Shown here: in pieces, positions 11,090 through 23,028 of the stretch
Numbering within the stretch: the stretch's first letter is position 1
Layout of the letters: every line of letters starts with the position of its first letter
Assembly (NCBI GenBank): GCA_024679065.1
Contig: JAGIQG010000006.1
Span: 7,998,001-8,062,000, forward strand
Length of the DNA stretch: 64,000 nt
Direction: 5' to 3'
DNA from: Sphyrna mokarran
Taxonomy: Eukaryota
Made by a program: the position numbers and the translations under genes
Notes under the pieces: generated by a model
What the model saw: only the letters and a program-made list of their open reading frames with translations
Databases searched by the model: none
Told to the model about the DNA's origin: nothing

Positions 11090-13450
11090 ATGAGAATGCA
11101 TATTGAAATAAATAAGCATGATTTGGTAGCTATCACACAGATATGATCACAGTAGAACATGAACCACAACCTGATTTTTGAAGGGTACAGGGCATTTAGG
11201 AAAAACAGGAAGTAAGGGAAATAGTGGAGGGGTGGCTCTGTTAGTTAATGATGGTAATACAATAGAGTTGGATTACTTAAGGGATTACCAGGATGTGGAA
11301 ATGGTTTGGTTAGAGATGAGAAACAATAAAGGCAAGAAGTCACCAATGGGAATCATGTAGTCTCCCAAATAGTAACAACATAATAAGTTGGAACATAAAG
11401 AAAGAAATATGAGAGCATAGAAAGGCACAGCAATGATCATGGAGATTTTAATCTACATATACACCAAAATCTTGCTGCCGTTTATGCCGGCATATCTTAC
11501 TGATGGCACATGCCTGTTGCGGGTTTCCCGGCAATGAGGGGTACATTCAATGGAAAACCCCATTGACAATGGTGGAGCCATAAGAATCCACCGCTAACTG
11601 CAGTACAACAAACTGAGGAGAGGAAGGAAAATCCTGCCCATGGACTGGAAAAGGCAGATGAGCAAAAGTAGCCTAGCTGAGGAGTTTGTATAATGTTCCT
11701 GTGATAGCTTTTAAAAACTGCCTGTTCTGGAGCCAAGCAAAAAGTAGGCTATACTATACCGGCTATTGTGCAATGGGATGGGATTAATTATTAATCTCAT
11801 AGTGAAAGTGGCTCGAGGTAGCAGCCACCAAAATACAGTTGAATTTTATATAGAATTTGAGGGAAAGAGGACTAGGTCTTTGACATTGGATAGGATTTTT
11901 GCCCCCTTTGGTGTGTTTTGTGGCAACAGAGAGAGTCTGACATTGACTGGCAATGGGATCTTCCTGTCCTGCCACTGTCACCGTGCTTTCCTGTAGTTCG
12001 CTCCCTCCACCGCTGGGCAACCTGAGGCAAAGTGGTAACCTTTGGTGGGACCAGAAGGCATTTGATAAAGTATCACATCAAAGGTTATTCTGAAAAATAA
12101 AAGCTCATGGTATGCAGGTAGCATATTGGCATGGATAGAAAATTGGCTGGTTAACAAGAAACAAAGAGTCAGCATAAATGAATCTTTTTCAGGTTGGTAA
12201 GATATAATAAGTGGTTGTCACAAAGGTCAGTGCTAGGACCTTATCTGTTTACAATTTCTATAAATGACTTGGATGAAGCAATTGAAGGGATGGTTGCCAA
12301 ACTTGCTAATGGCACAAAGAGAGTTAGGAATGGAAGTTGTGAAGAAAACATCAAAAGGCTACAGAAATATATAAATAGGTCAAGTGAATGGCAACTAGAC
12401 TATAATGTGGACAAGTGTGAACCTGTCCATTTGGCAAGAAGTATGCAAGAAAAACAGAGGTAACGAGGAATTTCTTCAGCCAGAGAGTGGTGAATCTGTG
12501 GAACTCTTTGCTGTTGAGTGTCCTTAAGACAGAGGTAGATAGGTTCTTGATTAATAAAGGGATCAGGAATTATGGGGTAAAGGCAGGAGGATAAAGATGA
12601 GAAAAATATCAATCACGATTGAATGGTGGAGCAGACTCGATGGGCTGACTGGTCTAATTCTGCTTCTATGTCTTATGGTTTTATGAAACATATTATCTAA
12701 ATGGTGAGAGATTGCACGCTTCTGAGGTGCAGAGGGACCTGGGTGCTTTAGCGCATGAATCACAATATGTGATGTACAATGTTTGGGTGTATAGCAAGTA
12801 ATTTGAAAAGCTACTAATAGAATTATATCATTTCTTGAGAGGGAAATTGAATATAAAATAGGGAGGTTATGCTTAAGCTGTATAGGGCAGTAGAAAGTCA
12901 ACATTTTGAGTATTGTGAACAGTATTGGTTTCTTTATTTAAGGAAGGATGCAAATGTGTTGGAAGTTGTTCAGAGTGCGCTTACCAGACAAATACCTGGA
13001 ATGGGAGGGTTGCCTTATGAGGAAAACAAGATAGGCTAAGCTTGCATCTGCTGGAGTTTGGAAGTATAAGAAGCAACTTGACTGAAACATAAAAGCTCTT
13101 GAAAGTCTTCACAAAATGGATATGGAGAGAATGTTTCCTCTTGCGGGAGAATCCAGAACCAGGCATCACTGTTTAAAAATAAGGGATGCCATTTAAAGTG
13201 AAGATGAGGTAAAATTGTTTCTTTCAGACTCTTGAGTCTTTGGAAATCTTTGCCTGAAAAGTTGGTGGAAGAAGAATATTTGAATACTAGCTAGAGGTGG
13301 ATAAATTCTTAGTAAGCAAGGGGATGATAGGTTATTAGGGGAAGGTGAGATGCAGATTTGAGGCTACTATCAGATCAGCTATGATCTTATTAAATGGCAG
13401 AGCAGTCTCGAAAGACCAAATGATTTATTCCTGCTCCTTGTCCATCTGTT
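11090..13450 (+). mobile_element. Old degenerate CR1 ORF2 with MITE-like inserts (~11465-11640, ~11890-12050)
   Basis: EN motifs (VAIT, GGVALLV, GDFN) and RT motifs (SVLGP), heavily mutated. Confidence 0.7.
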
Positions 13451-13574
13451 CCTTCACTGTTGCTGGGCAAAAATCCTGATTGCAGCGGTTCAAGAATGCA
13501 GCTCACACCCACCTTCTCTAGGGCAGTTAGAGATGGTCAGTAATGCTGATCTAGAGTACAGTGTTCACATCCCA

Positions 13575-14830
13575 TTGTTATTTGTCATTTATATTAATGA
13601 TTTGGATGAGAATGTAGGGGGCATGGTTAGTAAGTTTGCAGATGACACTAAGATTGGTGGCATTGTGGACAGTGAAGAAGGTTATCTCAGACTGCAATGA
13701 GATCTTGATCAATTGGGCTAGTGGTCTAATGAATGGAAGATAGAGTTTAATTTAGATAAATGCGAGATGATGCATTTTGGTAGACTGAACCAGGGCAGGA
13801 CTTACTCAGTTAATGGTAGAGTGAGTGCTGGGGAGAGTTACAGAACAAAGAGATCTAGGGATACATGTTCATAGCTTCTTGAAAGTGGAGTCACAGGTGG
13901 ACTGAGTGGTGAAGAAGGCATTCAGCATGTGTGGTTTCATTGGTCAGAACACTGAATACAGGAGTTGGGACAGCTTGTTGAAGCTGTAGAAGATATTGGT
14001 AAGGCCACACTTGGAATAAGATGTATAGTTCTGGTCATCCTATTATAGAAAGGATATTATTAAACTAGAAACAGAGCAGAAAAGATTTACTAGGACTTGA
14101 TGGTTTGAGTATAAGGAAAGGCTGGACAGATTGGGACTTTTTTCTCTAGAGTGTAGGAGGCTGAGGGATGATCTTATAGAGGTCTATAAAATAATGAGGG
14201 GCATAAATTAGCTAGTCAATATCTTTTCCCAAAGGTAGGGGAGTCTAAAACTAGACAGCGTAGGTTTAAGATGAGAGGGGAGAGATACAAAAGTGTCCAG
14301 AGGGGCAAATTTTTCACACAAGGATGTTGAGTGTCTGGCACAAGCTGCCAGAGGTGGGTACAATTTTGTCTTTTAAAAAGCATTTAGAGAGTTACATGGA
14401 TAAGATGAGTCTAGAGGGATTTGGCCCAATTGCAGACAATTGGGACTAGCTTAGGGCTTTGAAAAAAAGAGGTGCAACGGTTGGTCCGAAGTTTTTATGC
14501 TGTAAACATCTATGAATCTGTGACTGTAATTAATTTTTTAAAAAAGTCTCACATTTAAGATGGAGGTGAGAAATTATTTCTCACTGATGGTCATGAATCT
14601 TTGGAATTCTCTTCCTCAGAAAATGGTGGGGGCAGGGTCATTGAATATTTTTAAGACAAAGATAGATAAGTGCTTGACTAAAAAGTTAGTGAAAGACTAT
14701 AAAAGTAGTCAGGAAAGTGGAATTGATGCTAAAAGGGCCAGAATCAGGTCTGTCATAATCTTACTGAATGACGGAGCAGGCTTGAGAAGTTGAATAGCAT
14801 ACTCCTTTTTCTAATTCTTACGTTTACGTG
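13575..14830 (+). mobile_element. CR1 3' fragments of two subfamilies
   Basis: [23 protein letters not shown] motif and two successive CR1 3' ends. Confidence 0.85.
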
Positions 14831-15127
14831 TCTAAATATTGGCCATGACACCAGGGATAATTCCCATATTCTTCTTCAAAATGGTGTTGTGGGATCCTCT
14901 ACATGCATCTTAAAGGACAGACAGGCCTCATTTTAATAAAACTTTAGAAATATGTAATTATAATTTCTCAGTATTACATTGGAGTGTCAGTTTAGAATTT
15001 GTGCTCAAATCCTGGATTGGAACTTGAACTCAAGAACGCTGCAATTGAATCAGAGCAGACGTTTTCTGTTACACTATCCACTCTCAAAGTAAACTCTCTC
15101 AAAGTAAACTATTCACAGGAAAACGTA

Positions 15128-15416
15128 TTGGTTAATACTACTGCCCCACAAAACCAAGGACCCAGTTTCGATTCTCAGCTTGGGTCACTGTCTGTGTGGA
15201 GTTTGCGTGTTCTTCATGCATTTGCATGGATTTCCTCCAGGTGCTCCTGGTTTCCTCCCACAGTCCAAAGATGTGCAGGTTAGGTGATTTGGCCATGCTA
15301 AATTCTCCCCGTGTACCTGAACAGACGCCAGAGTGTGATGACTAGGGGATTTTCACAATAACTTCATTGCAGTGTTAATGGAAGCCTACTTGTGACTAAT
15401 AAATAAATAAACTTTG
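15128..15416 (+). mobile_element. tRNA-derived V-SINE (HE1-like)
   Basis: B-box GTTTCGATTC, V-domain GTGGAGTTTGC..CCTGGTTTCCTCCCACAGTCCAAAGA and (AATA)n tail. It ends ~20 nt from the V2 splice donor. Confidence 0.88.
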
Positions 15417-15436
15417 CTTTAGCAATGATTTCTTAC

Positions 15437-15784
15437 CATTTATGATCTGCAGACGAGTCTCATTCAGGATTAGATATTGATAATTGGGTGATGTGTACTC
15501 CACCAGACACAGGTAAGTGTTATTGTCATTCACATTCAGCTGATTTATCCTGATTGAGGCATTTCCCTTCTTTGGGCTGCCAATGAACTCATACCGATTT
15601 TCACCATTTTCTGTTGTCCACAGTCCATTTGATTGGGCTCTAAATGTGACCACGCGTTGGTAGGGCTCCTTCCTCATCCAGCTAACAGTGGTCAGGTTGT
15701 GACTGTGGCTGGGTGTGAACATACAGGGCAATGTAATTGAAGCTCTTTCAGTCCCAATCACCACAGAGTCTTTTCCACTAGCAC
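15437..15784 (-). CDS. Ig V-set domain exon V2 (Siglec-like)
   Basis: Acceptor tttgtcctttcctcag| and donor AATG|gtaaga enclose 348 nt, phase 1-1, open frame. Translation: ASGKDSVVIGTERASITLPCMFT..VSWMRKEPYQ..YEFIGSPKKGNASIRINQLNVNDNNTYLCLVEY..ETRLQIIN. Confidence 0.9.
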
Positions 15785-15914
15785 CTGAGGAAAGGACAAA
15801 TGACAGAATGATCAGTGTCTGGATGATGTTGCAATCTGGTTTGAGGATGTTAAGATATAAAAAAAATCTCAATACCTTGTTTCAACCAATGGAACCATAC
15901 CGCAAAATTTCACA

Positions 15915-18770
15915 GAACATAGAACATTACAGTGCAATACAGGCCTTTGGCCAAGCTGTAAAACCAACCTAAAGCCCATTTCATCTACACTATTTCAATA
16001 TCATCCATACATTTAGCCAATGACCATTTAAATGCCTTTAATGTTGACGAATCCACTACTGCTGCAGGCAGAACATTCCATGTCCTTACTACTCTCTGAA
16101 TAAAGAACTTGCATCTGATATCTGTCCTTTATCTATCACCCCTCAGATTAAAACTATGTCCCCTTGTGCTAGCCATCTTCATCCAAGGATAAAGGCTCTC
16201 ACTGTCCACCCTATCTAATTGTCTGAAGATCTTATATGCCGCTATTAAATCACCTCTTAACTTTCTTTTCTCTAACAAAAAGAGTCTCAAGTGCTTCACT
16301 CTTTCCTCATAAGACCTTCTCACCATACCAAGCAACATCCTGGTAAATCTCCTCTGCACCCTTTCCAATGCTTCCACATCATTCCTATAATACGGCGACC
16401 AGAACTGTATGCAATACTCCAAGTGCGACCGCGCCAGAGTTTTGTACAGCTGCAACATGACTTCATGGCTCTGAAACTCAATCCCTCTACCAATAAAAGT
16501 TAACACACCATACGCCTTCTTAGCAACTGTATCAACCTGGGTGCCAACCTTCAGGGATCTATGCACATGGACACTGAGTTCTCTCTGCTCATCCACACTA
16601 CCAAGTATCTTACCATTAGCCCAGTACTGTGTATTCCTGTTACTCCTTCTAAAGTGAATCACTTCACACTTTACCACATTAAACTCCATTTGCCACCTCT
16701 CAGCCCAGCTTTGCAGTTTATCTATGTCCCTCTGTAACCTGCAACATCCTTCCATACTGTTCAAAACTCCTCCGACTTTAGTGTCAACCACAAATTTACT
16801 AACCCATCCTTCTATGCTCTCATCTTGGTCATTTATAAAAATGACAAGCAGCATTGGCTCCAAAACAGATCCTTGCGGTACACCACTGGTAATTGAACTC
16901 CAGGATGAACATTTCCTATCAACCACCACCCTCTGTCTTCTTATAGCTAGCCAATTTCTGATCCAAATCACTAAATCACTCTCAATCCCATGCCTCCGTA
17001 TCTTCTGCAATACCTTCCTGTGGGGAACCTATCAAACACATTACTGAAATCGATATACACCACACAAACTGTTTTATCCTCATCCACCTCTTTGGGCACC
17101 TTCTCAAAGAACTCAATAAGGTTTGTGAGGCACGACCTATCCTTAACAAAATCGTGTTGACTATCCCTATTCAAATTATTCCTTTCTAGATTATTATAAA
17201 TCCTATTTCTTATAGTCCTTTCCAAAACTTTGTCCACAACAGAAGTAAGACTCACTGCTCTATAATTACCAGGATTGTCTTTACTCCCCTTCTTGAACAA
17301 GGAGACAACATTTGCTATCCTCCAGTCTTCTGGCACTATTCCTATGGACAATAACGATACAAAGATCAAAGCCAAAGGCTCTACAATCTCTTCCCTAGCC
17401 TCCCAGAGAATCCTAGGATAAATCTCATCCAGCCCAGGGGATTTATTTATTTTCATACTTTCCAGAATTGCTAACACCTCCTCTTTATGTACCTCAATCC
17501 TATCTAGTTTAATAGCCTGTATCTCAGCATTCTCCTCGACAACATTGTCTTTTTCCTGTGTAAATATTCATTTAGCACCTCTCCTATCTTTTCAGACTCT
17601 ATGCACAATTTCCCACTACTTCCTTGATTGGCCTAATCTTACGCTAGTCATTCTTTTATTCCTGACATACCAACAGAAAGCTTTAGAGTTTTCCTTGATC
17701 CTGCCTGTCAAAGACTTCTCATGTCCTCTCCTGGCTTTTCTTAGTTTTAGGTCCTTTCTGGCTAATTTGTAACTCTCAAGCACCCTTAAATGAGCCTTCA
17801 TGTTTCATCTTGACATAACTCTCCTTCTTTCTCTTCAACTTCTTTAATAAACCACGGTTTCCTCGCTCGACCATTTCCTCCCTTCTGACAGGTACATATT
17901 TACCAAGTAGCAGTAGATGTTCCTCACATAAGCTCCACAATTCAATTCATCTCCTGCAGTTTCCTTCCACATCCTATGCATTCTAAATATTGCCTAATTA
18001 CATTATAGTTTCCTTTCCTCCAGCTATAAATCTAGCTCTGCGATATGTACATATCTCTTTCCATTGCTGAAGTAAACATAACCAAATTGTGGTCACTATC
18101 ACCAAAGTGATCATCCACCTCCTAATCTAACACCTGGCCTGGTTCATTACCCAGTACCAAATCCAATGTGGCCTTGCCTCTTGTTGGCTTATCTACATAC
18201 TGTGTCAGGAAATCCTCCTCCACACATTGGACAAAAACTGACCCACATAAAGTACTTGAACTATCCCCTTTTCAGTCAATATTTGCAAAGTTGAAGACCC
18301 CATAACAATTACCCTATTACTTTTGTTCCTAATCAGAATCGTCTTTGCAATCCTTTCCTCTACATCTCTAGAATTTTTCAGAGACCTCTAGAAAACTCCA
18401 AACAGGGTGACCTCTCCTTTCCTGTTTCTAACCTCAGCCCATCCTACCTCAGTAGATGAGTCTTCATCAAACATTCTTTCTGCCACCGTAATACTGTCCT
18501 CAACTAACAGTGCTACACCTCCCCCTCTTTTACCACCTTCCCCGATCTTACTGAAACATCTAAACCCCAGAACCTGCAATAACCATTCCTATCCCTGCTC
18601 TATTCATGTCATGGAACACTATAGCACAAACCGGCCCTTCGGCCATATGTCTCCGAAATGGCCACAACATTGAAGTCCCAGGTACCAACCCACGCTTCAA
18701 GTTCACCTACCTGATTCCGGATGCATTGAAGTAGATACACTTCAAACCACCTTCCTGCCTGCTGGTACAC
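15915..18770 (-). mobile_element. CR1 LINE with near-complete, degenerate ORF2
   Basis: ORFs 18388-18579 (EN), 16971-17477 and 16129-17010 (RT). Tail at ~15915. Confidence 0.92.
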
Positions 18771-20326
18771 TCATTTCAATTTTCTTTTAACAAAAATGAC
18801 TTGGTTTTACATGAAAGAAAAAACAACCACTGTTAACTTAATAATATAGTTTGTAATTTTGTACATTATGCACTCTGGATTACTTCCTAATTCCCTCAAG
18901 AATTCTCTTGTAAGATATATCATTCTTAAATTTATTTTCTTCTGTTGGGACCACCTGTAAGAATGCTGTTGTCTGGAGACTTCTCCTCAGCTCCACCTAT
19001 TCTCAGAAGTATGTCTTTAATTTATGTTCTCTTAATTGTTGAGGTTTTTTTTTATTCTTTCAGTGGAAGTGACTTTTCTGGCAAAGCCAGCATTCACTCC
19101 CCATCCTTAATTGACCTTTAACTGATTGTCTTACTTGGCCATTTCTGTGGGCAGTGAATCAGAACTGACATGCAGACCAGACTAAGAAAGGAAGCAGATC
19201 AATTTCCTTCCCAAAATGACATTAGTGAACCAGATGGGTTTTTATGACAATCGATGTTAGTTTTGTCTTGTAGATTAAATACTTCTGACACAGGTTCTGG
19301 TGGAATTTTTTCAGATCATTTATCACCACCATCCCTTCTTTTTTGAATATATTTATGTTCTGCGATAACCAAGGTCCTGGAAGTGTATGCAATTGAGTGC
19401 CAATACCACCCTGTTGTCATATGAGGACACATCACACATCAGTAATAGGTATTTCCTAGGATTATAATGTGCCAGAACATTTGACGAGGAAAGTTGTTGC
19501 TTTATGTTATTGAAAATAACGTGATGGAGTGTGATGTGGTGGCCATTACAGAGACTTGGTTGTCTCAGGGACAGGACTGGGTACTACAGGTGCCGGGATT
19601 CAGATGCTTCAGGAGGGACAGGGTTGGGGGCAAAAGAGGTGGTGGAGTGGCACTGTTGATCAGAGACAGTGTCATGGCTGCAGAGAAGGTGGATGACGTG
19701 GAGGGAATGTCTACGGAGTCCCTGTGGGTGGAAGTTAGGAACAACAAAGGGTCGATAACTTTGCTGGGTGTATTCTATAGGCCGCCCAATAGCGACAGGG
19801 AAGTTGAGGTGCAGGTAGGGAAACAGATCCTAGAAAGATGTAGAAATAACAGAGTTGTCGTGATGGGAGATTTCAATTTCCCAAACATCGACTGGAATAT
19901 CCCAAGGGTAAGAGGTTTGGATGGGGAGGAGTTTGTTAGGTGTGTTCAGGAAAGTTTCCTGACACAGTACGTGGAAAAGCCTATGAGAGGAGAGACTGTA
20001 CTTGACCTGGTGCTTGCTAATGAGCCAGGACAGGTGTCAGATCTCTCAGTAGGAGAGCATCTTGGGGATGGAAATCATAATTCTATCTCTTTCACGATAG
20101 CAATGGAAAGAGATAGGATCAGGCAGGCTAGGAAGGTGTTTGTCTGGAGTAAGGGGAAATATGAAAACATCAGGCAGGTAATTGGATGAATAAACTGGAA
20201 GGAGGTGTTCTTGGGGAAGAGTACAGAAGGGAAGTGGTGGTTTTTCAAGGAATGTTTGTCTGGGGCTCTGCAAGACAACGTTCCGAAGAGACAAGGAGGT
20301 TTTGATAGGACGCGAGAACCATGGTG

Positions 20327-21066
20327 CACAAAGAACAAAGATCAAAGAACAAAACAGCACGGGAAACAGGCCCTTCGGCCCAATGAGCCGCGCTGCCACC
20401 CCAATGTTCCCACCTCTACCCGTGATCCCTGTCCATGTTTATAGATCTATGGATGAAAAACCAAATTTGAGACAATTTAGGGAGAATTTGTTTTGCCAAT
20501 TAGCCTAAGAGCACATCTTTGGGATGTGGGGGGAAACCGGAGCGCCCGGAGAGAACCCACGCAAGCACAGGGAGAATGCGCAAACTCCCACAGACACAGG
20601 CCCAAATCCGTGTATCTGCACAGCACAGCGATAGTCACTGAGCTGTTGTGTTGCCCATCAAATGGTCCAGGTCAAGTGTACACTAACAACGTGAAGCAGT
20701 AGGATACTCTCGAAAAAGATCCAAGAGCAGTCCTCTCACGACCCATCACGTGTATGCCCCTCGTTAGACAACAAGGTGGATCAAAGCACCTGTAGGATAA
20801 AAACAAGTACATCAATATCATCTATTTACACACTTCCCAGAGACTCCCAAGGCTCATGATCCCTACTTTAAATCAGTTTTCTAAACCCCTCCATTCCCAT
20901 TCTGTTCATGTGCCCATCTAAGTATTTCTTAAATAACTTCAGAGTACCTGCCTCCACCACTTTACTTGGCAGCGCATTCCATACCCCCACCACCCTCTGA
21001 GTGAAAAAACTCCCTCTAGCATCCAAATTATACCTTACCCCCCTCGCCCTAAGTCCGTGACCCCTC
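20327..21066 (-). mobile_element. CR1 3' end with a long SINE-containing 3' UTR (copy 1)
   Basis: RGHGLRARGVRY..MEGFRKLI*, then a ~540-nt UTR with a V-domain (~20525-20595), a stem-loop and a (TTTGTTC)n tail. Confidence 0.88.
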
Positions 21067-22812
21067 GCGTTGAACTCCATCTGCCACTTCTCCGCCCAGT
21101 CTTCCATCCTGTCTATGTCCCGCTGCAACTTTTGACATCCCTCCAGACCATCCACAACACCACTGACCTTTGTATTGTCGGCGAACTTACTAACCCATTC
21201 CTCCACTTCCTCATCCAGGTCATTTATGAAAATGACAAACAGCAAGGGTCCCAGAACAGATCCCTGGGGCACTCCACTGGCGACCGACCTCCATGCAGAA
21301 AAAGACCCATCCACAACCACTCTCTGCCTTCTGCCGGCAAGCCAGTTCTGGATCCACAAGGCCAAAGCCCTTTGGATCACATGCCCTCTCACCTTCTCAA
21401 GAAGCCTTGCATGTGAGACCTTATCAAACGCCTTGCTAAAGTCCATGTACACTACGTCCACTGCTCTTCCTTCATGAATGTGTTCAGTCATATTTTCGAA
21501 GAACTCAACTAGGCTCGTAAGGCATGACCTGCCCTTGACAAAACCATGCTGACTATTTCTGATCAGTCTGAACTTCTCCAAATGTTCATAAATCTTGTTC
21601 CTCAGAAGCCTCTCCATCAGCTTACCAACCACTGAAGTCAGACTCACCAGTCGGTAATTTCCTGGACTATCCTTGTTCCCTTTCTTAAAAATAGGAACCA
21701 CATCCGCAATCCTCCAATCCTCCGGAACCTCTCCCGTTTCCATGGACGACGCAAAGATCATTGCCAGGGGCTCTGCAATCACTTCCCTCACTTCCCACAA
21801 TAACCTGGGGAACATCCCATCCGGTCCCGACGACTTGTCTATCTTGATAGAATTTAACAGATCTAGCACATCCTCTTTCCTAACATCCACATACTCAATC
21901 TTTTCCGTTTGCCTCAAACCTGCAGTACAACCTCCCAGATCACTTTCCACCGTGAATACCGAGGCAAAGTACTCGTTAAGCACCTCTGCCGTTTCTTCCG
22001 AATTCACACAGACTTTTCCCCCTTCACCTTTTATAGGTCCTATCCCTTCTCTTCTCATCCTTTTACTTTTCACATATTTGTAGAAGGCCTTGGGATTCTC
22101 CTTAATCTTACCCGCCAAGGCCTTCTCATGATCCCTTCTGGCTCTCCTAATTTCCTTTTTAAGCTCCCTTCTACACACCTTATACTCCTCTAGATCCCTA
22201 ACATCTCCTAGCTCTCTGAACCTTTTATACACCTTTCTTTTCTTCCTGACTAGGTTCACCACAACCTTGTGTAGAGGTCCATTTTGGCAAGAATAATGGG
22301 ATGAAGGAGTACAATATCAAGGGTAGGAGTCTTAGCTGTGTTGTAGAGCTTGGGGTCTGGGTCCATTGGACTCTTAAATCGGCTTTTCAGGTGGAAGAAG
22401 TGTTAAGAAGGCATATGGTGTACTGGCCTTCGTTAATCAAGGAATTAAGTTTAGGAGTCAGGAGGTAATGATGCAGCTTTATAGGACCCTTGTCAGACCC
22501 CACTTGGAGTACTGTGCGCAGTTGTGGTTGCCTCATTATAGGAAGGATGTAGAAGGTATTGAAAGGGTGCAGAGGAGACTTACAAGGATGCTGCCTGGAT
22601 TGGGAGGCATGCCTTATGAAGATAGGTTGAGGGAGCTGGGACTCTTCCCCCTGGAGAGACGTAGGTTGAGAGGCAACCTGATAGAGATTTAAAAAATGTT
22701 GAGAGGAATAGATGGGGTGGATTCTCAGAGGCTATTTCCCTGAACTGAAATGGTCACAAGAGGACACAGATTTAAAGTGCAGGGAAGCAAATACAGAGGG
22801 GATGTTAAGGGT

Positions 22813-23028
22813 AAGTTCTTTACCCAAAGGGTGGTTCAGGAGTGGAATGCCCTGCCTGCAGCAGTTGTAGATGCGCCAAGTTTGGTGGCGTTTAAGAGGT
22901 TAGTTGATAAGTATATGGAAGAGAAGGGAATGGTTTAGTTTGGAGGGTCATTGCTTTTTATATTGGTCGGTGCAACGTCGAAGGCCGAAGGGCCTGTTCT
23001 GTGCTGTAATGTTCTATGTTCTATGTTC
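22813..23028 (+). mobile_element. Young CR1 3' end inserted at the homologous position of CR1 A
   Basis: KFFTQRVV..KYMEEKGMV* plus tail, followed immediately by the host KFFTQRVV. Confidence 0.88.
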
